A program made the translations under genes and the position numbers. From an uncultured Acutalibacter sp. (GTDB lineage: Bacteria > Bacillota > Clostridia > Oscillospirales > Acutalibacteraceae), in contig CAZYLJ010000001.1 in assembly GCA_964648555.1 (NCBI GenBank), positions 1-47,940 of the forward strand: a stretch of 47,940 bases of DNA. The letters run 5' to 3'. Every line of letters starts with the position of its first letter. Position 1 is the stretch's first letter. Shown here piece after piece: positions 1-9,788 of the stretch. Below the pieces are notes generated by a model. The model saw only the letters and a program-made list of their open reading frames with translations, was not told the DNA's origin and did not search any database.

Positions 1-1109
1 GTCTTGCCCACACCGGGCGGGCCCACCAGACAGATGATCTGGCCGGTCTGCTTTGGCGCAAGGGCCTTGACTGCCAAGATTTCCAGGAAGCGTTCTTTCA
101 CCTTTTCCAGGCCGTAGTGGTCGCGATCCAACACGCGCTTGGCCCTGCTGAGGTCAGAAAGCTCTTTGGTAGATTTGTTCCAGGGCAGCTCCAGGCAGGT
201 GTCAAGATAGACACGCAGAACGCTTGCCTCATGGGAACCATAGGGCATGTGGAAGAGCTTGTCGCACTCCTTTAAAAGCTTCACCTCGCACACAGCGGGC
301 AGTTTCATAGCAAGCACCTTGTCCCGCAATTCGTCCGCTTCCTGCTGGGGATCGTCGTCCTCCCCCAGCTCGCTAGCGATGGCACGCATCTGCTCTTTCA
401 GGTAGTATTCCCGCTGGTTTTCATCGATCTGCGCCTGGGCCTTCTGGTTGATCTCCTCCTCCACCTCTAAAATCTGTATTTCTTCGGTGAGGATATCGAT
501 GAGCTTTTGAATCCTCTTAAGAGGGCGCAGCTCATCAAGGATATACTGCTTGCGTTCAAAATCCATGGAAAGATTGGAAGCCAGGTAATCGGCAAGACGG
601 CCGCAGTCCTTTTCCTGCAAGACGCCCAGCAGGACGTCCGGCGGGACGCGCTTAAAAAGGCCCAGATACTGGTCAAACTTTTCATGCACGATGCGGATCA
701 AGGCCTCAGATCGGTAAGATTTTTTATAGGTGAGCACCGGGCACTTCTGGATGCTGCCCAACAGATAGGGCTGCTCCTTGATGAGGGACACGATCTGCCC
801 GCGGCAAAGACCTTCCACGTGCAGCTTTACCCCTTCCTCCGAGCGCTGGAGCACCTGCTTGATTCTGGCAATAACGCCGATCTTGTACAGGTCGTCTCCT
901 ATAGGCTCGTCTTCGGAAAGATTTACCTGGGTCACCAGAAAAATCAAACGGTCGCGGTCCATAGCCTGGGAGACGGCCAGAATGGACTTTTTTCTCGCCA
1001 CGTCGAATTGCAGCATCATGCCCGGGAAAAACACCAGGCCACGAATGGCCAGCACAGGCAGTACCAGCTCGCCTTCCAGCTTGACGCCGTCATCTGTAAA
1101 ATTCTGCAT
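1..1109 (-). CDS. lon: ATP-dependent Lon protease, 5' part (truncated by window edge)
   Basis: Not in the ORF track because it has no stop in the window. Manual translation from ATG 1109 gives MQNFTDDGVKLEGELVLPVLAIRGLVFFPGMM (Lon N-domain) and ends at Walker A GQIICLVGPPGVGKT. AGGAG RBS; follows clpX. Confidence 0.95.
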   Translation of the reverse strand, partial: MQNFTDDGVKLEGELVLPVLAIRGLVFFPGMMLQFDVARKKSILAVSQAMDRDRLIFLVTQVNLSEDEPIGDDLYKIGVIARIKQVLQRSEEGVKLHVEGLCRGQIVSLIKEQPYLLGSIQKCPVLTYKKSYRSEALIRIVHEKFDQYLGLFKRVPPDVLLGVLQEKDCGRLADYLASNLSMDFERKQYILDELRPLKRIQKLIDILTEEIQILEVEEEINQKAQAQIDENQREYYLKEQMRAIASELGEDDDPQQEADELRDKVLAMKLPAVCEVKLLKECDKLFHMPYGSHEASVLRVYLDTCLELPWNKSTKELSDLSRAKRVLDRDHYGLEKVKERFLEILAVKALAPKQTGQIICLVGPPGVGK

Positions 1110-1195
1110 ATATGTACTCCTAAAACCGGGAAAGACTGCGCCGGCGCTGCCGGCTACAGCCTTTTCGCCATAGTTGCATGATTGTAAAATTTTTA

Positions 1196-2506
1196 TCAGG
1201 AGGCCGAATCTCTCCTATCCCGCCGCTTGGGCTGGCTGATCTTGATCTTGACGGGCTTCCTGTCCTGATTGTAAATAATTTCAGGCTTTGCGCCGTTTTC
1301 CACGCAATCCCTGTGGATGATCACCTTTTCTACCGTGTAATCGCTGGGAACCTGGTACATGATGGGCACAAGCGTCTCTTCCATCACGGCGCGAAGGCCC
1401 CGGGCGCCGGTCTTCCGTTCCAGCGTTTTCCTTGCCACGGCGGTCAGGGCGTCATCGGTAAACTCCAGCTCCACCTTGTCGAGGTCGAAGAGCTTCTTGT
1501 ACTGGCTGACCAGGGCGCTGCGGGGCTCCCGCAAAATGCGGATAAGCGCCGTTTCGTCCAGGGCGTCCAACGCGGTGATGATGGGAATGCGTCCTACAAG
1601 TTCCGGGATCAAGCCGTATTTCACAAGGTCGTGAGGAATGACATCCTTCATCCAGTTTGTGGCGTCCAGCTCAGACTTGCCGTGGACCTCGCCACCAAAG
1701 CCAAGTGAGGTAGAAGCCACCCGGCGCTGCACGATTTTTTCCAGGCCGTCAAAAGCACCGCCGCAGATAAACAGGATATTGGAGGTGTCGATGTTGATGG
1801 TCTCCTGCTGGGGATGCTTTCTGCCGCCCTTGGGCGGAACACCGGCCACAGTGCCCTCCAAGATCTTCAAAAGAGCCTGCTGCACGCCTTCACCGCTGAC
1901 GTCACGGGTGATGGACTGATTTTCAGACTTTCTCGAGATCTTGTCGATCTCATCGATATAGATGATGCCGCGCTCGGCTTTGAACACATCGTAATCGGCG
2001 GCCTGGATCAGCCGCAGAAGAATGTTTTCCACATCCTCGCCAACGTAACCAGCCTCAGTCAAGGTGGTGGCGTCCGCAATGGCAAAGGGAACGTCCAAAA
2101 GCTTTGCCAATGTCTGGGCCAAATAGGTCTTGCCCACGCCGGTGGGGCCAAGCAGGAGCACATTGCTCTTTTGCAGTTCTACCTCGTCCCCGGAAAAATA
2201 GATGCGCTTATAATGGTTGTAGACAGCGACCGAAAGGGCGATCTTGGCACTGTCCTGCCCAACCACATACTCGTCCAGCTTCCGCTTGATCTCCTGCGGC
2301 TTTGGCAAAAGGATGCCGACCTCTTTTTCCTCACTGCTGCGGCCCTTCTTCAAGCGGTCTTCGTCCTGGATGATGGACATGCACAGCCGAACGCAGTCAT
2401 CGCAGATATACACGCCGTTGCCGGCAATGAGCCGCGCCGCCATTGACTGCGGCTTGCCGCAGAACGAGCAGCAAAGCTCATTCTCGTTCTCCATGTCGTT
2501 TGCCAT
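1196..2506 (-). CDS. clpX: ATP-dependent Clp protease ATP-binding subunit ClpX
   Basis: N-terminal CSFC..CDDC zinc finger, Walker [35 protein letters not shown]; tig-clpP-clpX-lon order. Confidence 0.98.
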   Translation of the reverse strand: MANDMENENELCCSFCGKPQSMAARLIAGNGVYICDDCVRLCMSIIQDEDRLKKGRSSEEKEVGILLPKPQEIKRKLDEYVVGQDSAKIALSVAVYNHYKRIYFSGDEVELQKSNVLLLGPTGVGKTYLAQTLAKLLDVPFAIADATTLTEAGYVGEDVENILLRLIQAADYDVFKAERGIIYIDEIDKISRKSENQSITRDVSGEGVQQALLKILEGTVAGVPPKGGRKHPQQETINIDTSNILFICGGAFDGLEKIVQRRVASTSLGFGGEVHGKSELDATNWMKDVIPHDLVKYGLIPELVGRIPIITALDALDETALIRILREPRSALVSQYKKLFDLDKVELEFTDDALTAVARKTLERKTGARGLRAVMEETLVPIMYQVPSDYTVEKVIIHRDCVENGAKPEIIYNQDRKPVKIKISQPKRRDRRDSAS

Positions 2507-2525
2507 CCGTCCACTTCCTTTCCGG

Positions 2526-3113
2526 TTATCTGTGCTCGATCACCTTGTCGATCAGGCCGTATTCCAAGGCCTGCTGGGCCGTCATGAAGTTGTCGCGCTC
2601 AGTATCACGCTCGATGACCTCCAAAGGCTGACCGGTCCGCTCGGACAAAATAGTGTTCAATCTCTTCTTCACCCGCAGGATGTGCTCCGCGTGGATGCTG
2701 ATATCGGTGGCCTGACCCTGGGCCCCGCCGGAAGGCTGGTGGATCATGATCTCGGCATTGGGCAGAGCCATGCGCTTACCCTTTGTTCCCGCCGCCAGCA
2801 AAAAGGAGCCCATGCTGGCCGCCATGCCCAGGCAAATGGTGGAAACGTCGCACTTGATGTACTGCATGGTGTCGTAAATAGCCATACCGTCGGTGATGAC
2901 GCCGCCGGGGCTGTTGATATACAGGGAGATATCTTTCTCCGGATCCTGGCCCTCCAAAAAGAGGAGCTGCGCCACCACTACTCCCGCGGAGGCGGAATTT
3001 ACCTCGTCGTTCAAAATGATGATGCGATCGTTCAGTAGCCGGGAAAAAATATCGTAGGAACGCTCTCCCCGACTGGTCTGCTCTACCACATAAGGAACCA
3101 ATGTCATGTCCAA
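2526..3113 (-). CDS. clpP: ATP-dependent Clp protease proteolytic subunit
   Basis: [42 protein letters not shown]. Start is TTG 3113 or ATG 3107. Confidence 0.98.
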   Translation of the reverse strand: MDMTLVPYVVEQTSRGERSYDIFSRLLNDRIIILNDEVNSASAGVVVAQLLFLEGQDPEKDISLYINSPGGVITDGMAIYDTMQYIKCDVSTICLGMAASMGSFLLAAGTKGKRMALPNAEIMIHQPSGGAQGQATDISIHAEHILRVKKRLNTILSERTGQPLEVIERDTERDNFMTAQQALEYGLIDKVIEHR

Positions 3114-3195
3114 GTCGATCTCTCCTTTCCATTAAATAGCACAACAAACAGTAGTATGAAAGCAAACAGTACAATTTATTCCGTCATAAGAGCTT

Positions 3196-4641
3196 TTAGC
3201 CCTCGGAGCCCTCATCCTTGGGCTCCTCCGCCTTCTTTGTAGTCTTGCGGCGGGCGGCGGGCTTCTTTTCGGTGGTCTCTGTCTCCGTTTTCTTTTTTGC
3301 AGTCGTCTTTTTTGCAGTCGTTTTCTTCTCGCCTGTCTTCTTTGCCGCGGCCTTCTTGGCTTCGGTAACGTTAGCGTTATCCTTCAGGAACTCGATGACC
3401 TTGCGGTTGGTGATATCCAGGTTAAGGTCTTCGTCCCGCACCAGCTTCTTCACGTCTTCAAGAGACATGCTGTAATTCTCGGAGAGCTTCTTGTACTCTT
3501 CCTCGGTCTCCTCCTCGGTGGGCTTGATATCCTCCAGCTGGGCGATCTTCTCCAAGCCCAGGCGCAGACGCACCTGACGCTCCGCCTGGGGCTTGTACTC
3601 CCCGCGCAAATTGTCGGTGGTCATGCCGGTGTATTTCAGGTAGGTCTCCAGCTTCAACCCCTGTGACTGCAGACGGTAGGCGAAGGAGTTGATCATCTCG
3701 TCCACCTCGTTCTCTACCATCTCATCAGGGATCTCAGCCACGGTCTTCTCGATCACGGCATCGACAAGCTGGTTTTCCACATCGGCATCGGCGGCCTTTT
3801 CCTTGCGGGAAAGGATGTCCTTCTCCAGGTCCTTACGGTACTCCTCCAGCGTGTCGAACTCGCTGACGTCCTTGACGAACTCATCGTCCACCTCTGGCAG
3901 CTCTTTATGCTTGACCTCGTGGAGCTTCACCTTGAACAAAGCAGGCTTGCCCTTCAGCTCTTCCGCGTGATAGTCCTCCGGGAAAGTCACATTCACATCG
4001 AACTCCTCACTGGCCTTGTGACCGACGACCTGCTCCTCAAAGCCGGGAATGAACTGGCCGGAACCAAGGGTCAGGTCAAAGTTCTCGCCCTTTCCGCCGT
4101 CAAAGGGCTTGCCGTCTACAAAGCCATCAAAATCGATGACAGTGATATCGCCGTTTTCTGCGTTTCTGTCCTCCACGGTGACAATGCGGGAATTGCGCTC
4201 CCGCACCCGCTCGATCTCGGCGTCAACATCGCCTGCGGTGGCCACCACAGGCTCCTTGTTCACCGCGATACCCTTGTAGCCTTCGATGGCGGCCTCGGGC
4301 TTCGTAATAACGGTGACAACACACTGCAGGCCCTTGTCCTTGCCGATCTCGTCCACCTTAAAGTCGCCAATGCTGATGACCTTCAGCTCGGACTTTTCCA
4401 CGGCTTCCAGAATCATGGGCCGGTAAAGGTGGTTCGTAGCGGCCTCATAGAACACTTCCTCACCGTAGTATTTCTCAATAAACGCCCTGGGGGCATGCCC
4501 CTTGCGGAAGCCGGGAATATCCATCTTTTTGCTTTCCCGCTTGTACACGGCGTTTATCGCGTCGTTAAATTCCTCCGGGCTGACGGATAGCGCCAGCTCA
4601 TACTTGTTTGTTTCCACATTTTTTGTCGATTTCAGTTCCAT
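3196..4641 (-). CDS. tig: Trigger factor with a Lys/Ala/Thr-rich C-terminal tail
   Basis: GFRKGHAP ribosome-binding motif, FKBP domain (FIPGFEEQ, FPEDYHAEEL), upstream of clpP. Confidence 0.97.
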   Translation of the reverse strand: MELKSTKNVETNKYELALSVSPEEFNDAINAVYKRESKKMDIPGFRKGHAPRAFIEKYYGEEVFYEAATNHLYRPMILEAVEKSELKVISIGDFKVDEIGKDKGLQCVVTVITKPEAAIEGYKGIAVNKEPVVATAGDVDAEIERVRERNSRIVTVEDRNAENGDITVIDFDGFVDGKPFDGGKGENFDLTLGSGQFIPGFEEQVVGHKASEEFDVNVTFPEDYHAEELKGKPALFKVKLHEVKHKELPEVDDEFVKDVSEFDTLEEYRKDLEKDILSRKEKAADADVENQLVDAVIEKTVAEIPDEMVENEVDEMINSFAYRLQSQGLKLETYLKYTGMTTDNLRGEYKPQAERQVRLRLGLEKIAQLEDIKPTEEETEEEYKKLSENYSMSLEDVKKLVRDEDLNLDITNRKVIEFLKDNANVTEAKKAAAKKTGEKKTTAKKTTAKKKTETETTEKKPAARRKTTKKAEEPKDEGSEG

Positions 4642-4686
4642 GGTCTTCTTCCTCCGATGTATTAGGCTTTGCCAACATTCCTCGAT

Positions 4687-4715
4687 ATTATAGCATAGGC
4701 ATAAAAAAGAATCTA
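4687..4715 (-). promoter_or_regulatory. sigma-A promoter for tig-clpP-clpX-lon
   Basis: Minus strand TAGATT-17 nt-TATAAT with extended -10 TG. Confidence 0.6.
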
Positions 4716-4766
4716 TAGCTTTTTCGTAAATTATACAGGAAAAATGTGAAATTTCAGCTTGTCAGA

Positions 4767-5462
4767 CTAATCTTTTTCGATTAGAGCAGGGCAAAATTGC
4801 ACAAAATCACAGGAGATAAGCCGCATTTTCACGCCTCGGTACTCCCCAACCAGGGCCTTTTTTGCCGCATATTGGCCGTGGATGTGGCCGAAGTAGCACT
4901 CCTTTACCCCGTTTTCGGAGAGAATATCCAGCAGCTCCCGGCACTCCATGTTATCATAAATGGGGGGATAATGAAGAAAAGCGGTCAGCTCGCCGCCCAG
5001 CCTTTTAGCCTCCTCAATGGAAGCAATCAGCCGCCCGGCCTCTCTGCTAACGATCTTCTTATCGGTCTCGCTTTCCGAGTTGTAAAGCCAGCCCCGGGTG
5101 CCGCACAATGCCCTGCTCCCCACACGATACGCGCAGTTGTGAAGGATGTGTAGGGTGGAAAAACCCTGCTGGGCAAAGTAAGTGTCCATTTTATTTCGTG
5201 TGGTCCACCAGTAATCGTGGTTGCCTTTTAAAAGCAGCTTTTCCCCCGGCAGACCGTTAAGAAATGAAAAATCAGCCGCGGTCTCTTCCAGCTTCATGGC
5301 CCAGGAAATATCCCCGGCGATGACAACGGTGTCCTCCGGCTTGACCACCGCCCGCCAGTTTTCCTCCAGGCGGCCCACATAGTTCTCCCACCCCCGAAAT
5401 ACATCCATGGGCTTATCCGCCCCCAGAGAAAGGTGAAGGTCGGCAATGACAAACAACGCCAT
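4767..5462 (-). CDS. Calcineurin-like metallophosphoesterase
   Basis: DLH, GD, GNHD and GHIH motifs; likely start MALFVIADLHLS at 5462. Confidence 0.9.
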   Translation of the reverse strand: MALFVIADLHLSLGADKPMDVFRGWENYVGRLEENWRAVVKPEDTVVIAGDISWAMKLEETAADFSFLNGLPGEKLLLKGNHDYWWTTRNKMDTYFAQQGFSTLHILHNCAYRVGSRALCGTRGWLYNSESETDKKIVSREAGRLIASIEEAKRLGGELTAFLHYPPIYDNMECRELLDILSENGVKECYFGHIHGQYAAKKALVGEYRGVKMRLISCDFVQFCPALIEKD

Positions 5463-5463
5463 A

Positions 5464-5685
5464 TTATCGCCTGCCTGTTCCGACCGCCCGGCGGACAAAT
5501 TCCTCCGCCCGGTCTTTTAACGCTCTTTTTGTTGAATGAGCATCGTTAAAATTGCCATAGATGGCGCAATACAAATCTGGCAGCGCCGTGGGCATGAAGA
5601 GGCCGCCCCCGTCAGAAATGCCCCTGACGATGACTTGGGAGGCGCTCAAGCGCGGTTTTAATTTTCTGGTGCTTTGATATTCCAT
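5464..5685 (-). pseudogene. thrC: Threonine synthase remnant (73 aa, internally deleted)
   Basis: N-terminus MEYQSTR..SASQVIVRGISDGGGLFMP matches the long-form ThrC start (YxSTR..GLAxDGGLFVP); GNFNDA resembles the ThrC GNFDD motif; far shorter than the ~500 aa enzyme. Confidence 0.7.
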
Positions 5686-5719
5686 GTGCCCACCTTCGTT
5701 TTGAGGTTCAATTTGTTTT

Positions 5720-6658
5720 TTAAATCAAGCCGTTCCTCTGAAAGAAGCCGGCGGCGTTGTTGTAAAAGATCTTATCCGTCACTTCCTGGGGATAGTGACG
5801 CAGGAACAGCTCATACAGCCTGGGAATGCAGGAAAGGCCATCCTCCATGTCCTTTGGCAGATCTGTGCCGTCAAAATCGCTGCCCATAGCCAGCACGTCC
5901 TCGCCGCCAAGGGATAGGAATTTCTCAGCGTGGCGCAGCACGTCCTCCATGGAGGCCTTTTTCCCGTCATTGTTGAGAAAATCCGGGCAGAAGTTGAGCC
6001 CCACCAGACCCCCGGACTTTTTCACGGTCTCGAACTGCTCATCGGTCAGGTTCCGGGGAAAGGAGCACAGGCTAAGGGAATTGGAATGAGACGCCACCAA
6101 CGGCTTTTCCGCGATCTCCGCCACGTCCCAGAAAAGCTTGGGGCTGGCGTGGGAGATGTCCACAATGATGCCGGCGTCTTCAAAGGCCTTGACGGCTTTC
6201 TTCCCAAAACTGGTCAGGCCCACCTTGTTTTCCGCAAAAAGGCCCTGGCCCAACTCATTCTCACCGTTCCAGGTCAGGGTGCACATGCGCACGCCCCGCC
6301 GCCTGAGCTCTTCCACATTTTCCAGCTTGCCGCCAAGGGCCGCTCCGCTCTCGATCGTAAGGATGGCGCCATGCTTCTTTTCCTGCTCTGTTTTTGCGAG
6401 GTCGCCGGCTGTCCGACACCGGGAGATCACCCCGGCGTTCTTTTCCAGTTCTTCGTCCAGGCGGTCTGCCGCGCGGCAGAACAGCTCAAAGGCGTCGTCT
6501 CCCCGATATTTGTCGGGGATGAAAGTGGCAAAGCACTGCACATAGGTGTCAATGCCCTCCGCCTTCTTCAAATTGATGTGCATTTCGTTGTCTTTCAGGG
6601 GGATGTCCTTGTGAAGGCATCCCAGGATGGTATCGCAGTGCAGATCAAAATAACGCAT
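5720..6658 (-). CDS. Membrane (renal-type) dipeptidase, peptidase M19 family
   Basis: FDLHCD, LTWN, IVDISH, ASHSN, RNLTD, GSDFDG motifs. Confidence 0.92.
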   Translation of the reverse strand: MRYFDLHCDTILGCLHKDIPLKDNEMHINLKKAEGIDTYVQCFATFIPDKYRGDDAFELFCRAADRLDEELEKNAGVISRCRTAGDLAKTEQEKKHGAILTIESGAALGGKLENVEELRRRGVRMCTLTWNGENELGQGLFAENKVGLTSFGKKAVKAFEDAGIIVDISHASPKLFWDVAEIAEKPLVASHSNSLSLCSFPRNLTDEQFETVKKSGGLVGLNFCPDFLNNDGKKASMEDVLRHAEKFLSLGGEDVLAMGSDFDGTDLPKDMEDGLSCIPRLYELFLRHYPQEVTDKIFYNNAAGFFQRNGLI

Positions 6659-6684
6659 GATGATACTCCCTTCCTCAGTTGATA

Positions 6685-7038
6685 TTACAGGCTGAACGCG
6701 TTTTCCAAATACTTCTCGCTTACAATTCTGCCATTTTTCGTGTAGACGGCGGCCGCGTCAAAGCGGGGCTGAAGAGGTGACGGGTGCGCTTCCAGGTACA
6801 TTTCCGCCGTCAAAATGAGACGGCGCTGCTTTTGGGGCGTGATAGATTCAAAGGGATCGGACAGCCCGCCGACCTCTCTCGTCTTGACCTCGACAAACAC
6901 AAGATACTCCCCGTTTTCGCCGATAATGTCTATTTCCCCATAACGGCTGTGAAAATTCCGGGATACGACGCGGTACCCCCGCGCCTCCATCAGCGCTGCG
7001 ATATGCTCCTCGCCCGCTTTGCCGGTTCCGTGATCCAT
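6685..7038 (-). CDS. yraN: YraN family (UPF0102) PD-(D/E)xK nuclease-like protein
   Basis: GEE..GY..RNF...GEIDII..LVFVEVKTR..RFD; conserved position after rnhB. Confidence 0.92.
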   Translation of the reverse strand: MDHGTGKAGEEHIAALMEARGYRVVSRNFHSRYGEIDIIGENGEYLVFVEVKTREVGGLSDPFESITPQKQRRLILTAEMYLEAHPSPLQPRFDAAAVYTKNGRIVSEKYLENAFSL

Positions 7039-7047
7039 GGCTCCCTC

Positions 7048-7650
7048 CTATTTCTCCGAAAGGTTTTTGAGAAAGCTCCTCCGGTGCTCCGGCAAAATGC
7101 CGTATTGCTTGATGGCGGCGTAATGCTCTTTTGTGCCGTAGCCCTTGTGTCTGGCAAGACCGTATTCCGGATAAAGCTTGTCCATCTCCCGCAATACCCG
7201 ATCACGGCTGACCTTTGCCAGCACAGATGCCGCCGCCACTGTAGCACAGGTGGCATCGCCCTTGATAACGCACTCGCCGGGAATGGGCAGGGGCGGCATG
7301 CGGTTGCCGTCAATGATAGCCCAGTCGGCCTGCTTTGGCAGTGCCTCTACGGCCCGGCCCATGGCCAAAAAGGTTGCCTGCAAAATATTGATCTTATCGA
7401 TTTCTTCCGCTGTGGCAAAGCCGATACCATAAGCGATCGCCTTTTCACAGATCACATCAAAGAGAGCCTCCCGCTTCTTTTCCGTCAGCTTTTTGGAGTC
7501 GTTGAGCCCGTCGATCTCACAGTCAAGCGGCAGAATGACCGCCGCCGCGTAGACCGGGCCGATCAACGGGCCCCGCCCGGCTTCATCCACGCCGCACACC
7601 AGCGGATGACCCGCTGCTACGGCTTTGCGCTCATAGGCGTACCAATCCAT
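7048..7650 (-). CDS. rnhB: Ribonuclease HII
   Basis: GVDEAGRGPL, DSKKL, IKGD, AASVLAKVSRD, HKGYGT, HRRSF. Confidence 0.97.
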   Translation of the reverse strand: MDWYAYERKAVAAGHPLVCGVDEAGRGPLIGPVYAAAVILPLDCEIDGLNDSKKLTEKKREALFDVICEKAIAYGIGFATAEEIDKINILQATFLAMGRAVEALPKQADWAIIDGNRMPPLPIPGECVIKGDATCATVAAASVLAKVSRDRVLREMDKLYPEYGLARHKGYGTKEHYAAIKQYGILPEHRRSFLKNLSEK

Positions 7651-7659
7651 ATCCTTCCC

Positions 7660-8526
7660 TCACGGTCTTTCCAGGGTGATGCGGCCCAAAACGCCGCCCC
7701 GGTATTCGTCCAGCACGGCGTTGGCGGCGCGTTCCGTGTCGATCTCCCCGCCGGAAATGAGCATCCCCCGCCTGCGGCCAATACGTTCCAAAATCTCGTG
7801 GCCCGGCAGATTGGCCGACGGGTCGATGTCCATCTTATACCGCATATTGACGGCGCCGGGGTACAGCTCCATCAGCAGCTCCAGCAAGCGGGCGGCAAGA
7901 CCCTCCACATCGACCACCTCATCCTTCACCGCGCCGGTAAAGGCCAGATGCTCTCCAACCACAGGGTCTTCAAATTTGGGCCAGAGCACGCCGGGTGTAT
8001 CGAGAAGCTCAAACCCCTTGCCCACCGTGAACCAATGGTTCTGCCTTGTCACGCCGGGCAGGTCCCGCACCTCGGCCTTGCCGCCGGTTTTGACCAGGCG
8101 GTTGATGAGAGATGATTTTCCCACATTGGGCACGCCAACCACCATCACGCGGATGGGACGGCCCACCATGCCTTTTTTCTCCCAAGAGGCAATCTTTTCC
8201 CCCAGAATCTCCCGGATGCTGCTGTAAATGGCCGGGATGCCCCTGCCGTTTTTGCAGTCCAGGGGCAGGGCCCTGATGCCCTGCCCTGCATAGGAGGAGA
8301 CCCACTGGCCGGTCACATTGGGGTCGGCCATGTCGCACTTATTCAGCAATGTGATTCTTGGCTTATTTTGAATGATATCCTGCAAAACAGGGTTGGAGCT
8401 GCTTTTGGGCACCCGGGCATCCAAAAGCTCCGCGACGATATCCACAAGCTTCAGGTCCTCGGTGATACGCCGGCGGGTCTTTGCCATATGGCCGGGAAAC
8501 CATTGGATGGACTGTACCTCGCTCAT
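7660..8526 (-). CDS. rbgA: Ribosome biogenesis GTPase YlqF/RbgA
   Basis: IQWFPGHMAK, DARVP, NKCD, GVPNVGKSS, DTPG; start set to the ATG after GAGGTG. Confidence 0.97.
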   Translation of the reverse strand: MSEVQSIQWFPGHMAKTRRRITEDLKLVDIVAELLDARVPKSSSNPVLQDIIQNKPRITLLNKCDMADPNVTGQWVSSYAGQGIRALPLDCKNGRGIPAIYSSIREILGEKIASWEKKGMVGRPIRVMVVGVPNVGKSSLINRLVKTGGKAEVRDLPGVTRQNHWFTVGKGFELLDTPGVLWPKFEDPVVGEHLAFTGAVKDEVVDVEGLAARLLELLMELYPGAVNMRYKMDIDPSANLPGHEILERIGRRRGMLISGGEIDTERAANAVLDEYRGGVLGRITLERP

Positions 8527-8536
8527 CAGGGACACC

Positions 8537-9115
8537 TCACTTTACAACGCCCGCCTTGGACAGGGGGTACAGGTTGAAAACCACCCTTCCCAAGACGTTC
8601 CGCAGGTCCACCATGCCCACCTCCAGGAAACGGCTGTCTGTGGAATTCCCACGGTTATCGCCCAGCACAAAGACGCAGCCCTCCGGCACGGTTTGCGGAA
8701 AGCTGAGCACATCCTCCCGCAAAGGCAAAAGGGTAATACCGTTTTCCACGCCAAATTCCTGGCCGTAAACGGGCTCGCCGTCCACCACGACCTCACCGAG
8801 AGCAGCGTCAAAATCCACCGTCTGGCCTTCGGTTGCGATCACCCGCTTGATGATGGGCTTATCGAGAACGTTTACCACCACGACAACATCCCCCTGGGAA
8901 ACATCTCCGCCCAGGTTTGATACCAGCACCCTGTCGCCATTTTGATAGGTAGGCTTCATGGAACCGCCCTCCACAGTGATGACCCTGGCAAAAAATGTAA
9001 AGACAACCGACACCAGCACAATGGCCATAACGATGGTCTCCACCCACTCGAACATGGAACGCAGGAACCTTTCCCAAAGGCTCGATTTTCCCTTTTCAAG
9101 CTCTGCTTCGCTCAT
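8537..9115 (-). CDS. lepB: Signal peptidase I (copy 2)
   Basis: N-terminal TM segment, GGSMKPT (Ser), IIKRVIA (Lys), GDNRGNSTDSR. Confidence 0.95.
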   Translation of the reverse strand: MSEAELEKGKSSLWERFLRSMFEWVETIVMAIVLVSVVFTFFARVITVEGGSMKPTYQNGDRVLVSNLGGDVSQGDVVVVVNVLDKPIIKRVIATEGQTVDFDAALGEVVVDGEPVYGQEFGVENGITLLPLREDVLSFPQTVPEGCVFVLGDNRGNSTDSRFLEVGMVDLRNVLGRVVFNLYPLSKAGVVK

Positions 9116-9145
9116 AGCGCTCACCTCTCAATGATTTTCAGCTTC

Positions 9146-9697
9146 TCACGACAAGGAGAAGTGAAAAATGGCCTTGCCCAAAATATTTCGCTTATCCACC
9201 ATGCCGATGATGCGGTAACGGCTGTCCTCAGACACTGAGCGGTTATCTCCCAGCACGAACACACAGCCCTCCGGCACCTTCTGCGGGAACTCCAGCAGCT
9301 CAAAGGAGGTGTAGGGCGCTTCGGTCACGCCGTTTTGCAGCCCAAAGGCAGTTTCGTCCACAGCTTCCCCATCTACCAGGACAGATTTCGTTTCATAATC
9401 AAAATCCACCGTCTGGCCTTCCGTGGCGATCACCCGCTTGATGATGGGCTCCTCCAGCACGTTGACAATGACCACCACGTCCCCCTGTTTCAGGCTGGAA
9501 ATGCCGCCGGTAACCACGACCTTGTCCCCATTGTTATAATAGGGGGACATGGAGGTGCCGGTGACTGTGACTACCCGGAATAGAAAAGTGAACACCATCA
9601 TGATCAAAATGAAAGCGATGACCAGTTCTTCCGTCCACTCCAATATCGCGCGGGATAGTTTTTTTGTTTGTTTTTCCTTTGGGGCGGTTGTCTCCAT
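9146..9697 (-). CDS. lepB: Signal peptidase I (copy 1, C-terminus possibly clipped by a frameshift)
   Basis: TM segment, GTSMSP, IIKRVIA, GDNRSVSEDSR; tandem paralog of 8537..9115. Confidence 0.93.
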   Translation of the reverse strand: METTAPKEKQTKKLSRAILEWTEELVIAFILIMMVFTFLFRVVTVTGTSMSPYYNNGDKVVVTGGISSLKQGDVVVIVNVLEEPIIKRVIATEGQTVDFDYETKSVLVDGEAVDETAFGLQNGVTEAPYTSFELLEFPQKVPEGCVFVLGDNRSVSEDSRYRIIGMVDKRNILGKAIFHFSLS

Positions 9698-9727
9698 GGA
9701 AAGGCTCCTAACTGTCTCTATCTAAGC

Positions 9728-9755
9728 AAAAAAGGGACAACAAATGTCCCTTTTT
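9728..9755 (-). terminator. Intrinsic terminator after rplS
   Basis: AAAAAAGGGACA-acaaa-TGTCCCTTTTT inverted repeat with T tracts on both strands. Confidence 0.8.
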
Positions 9756-9788
9756 GTGGCGTTTCTGTTTTCGTTCCGCCGCTGTTCC

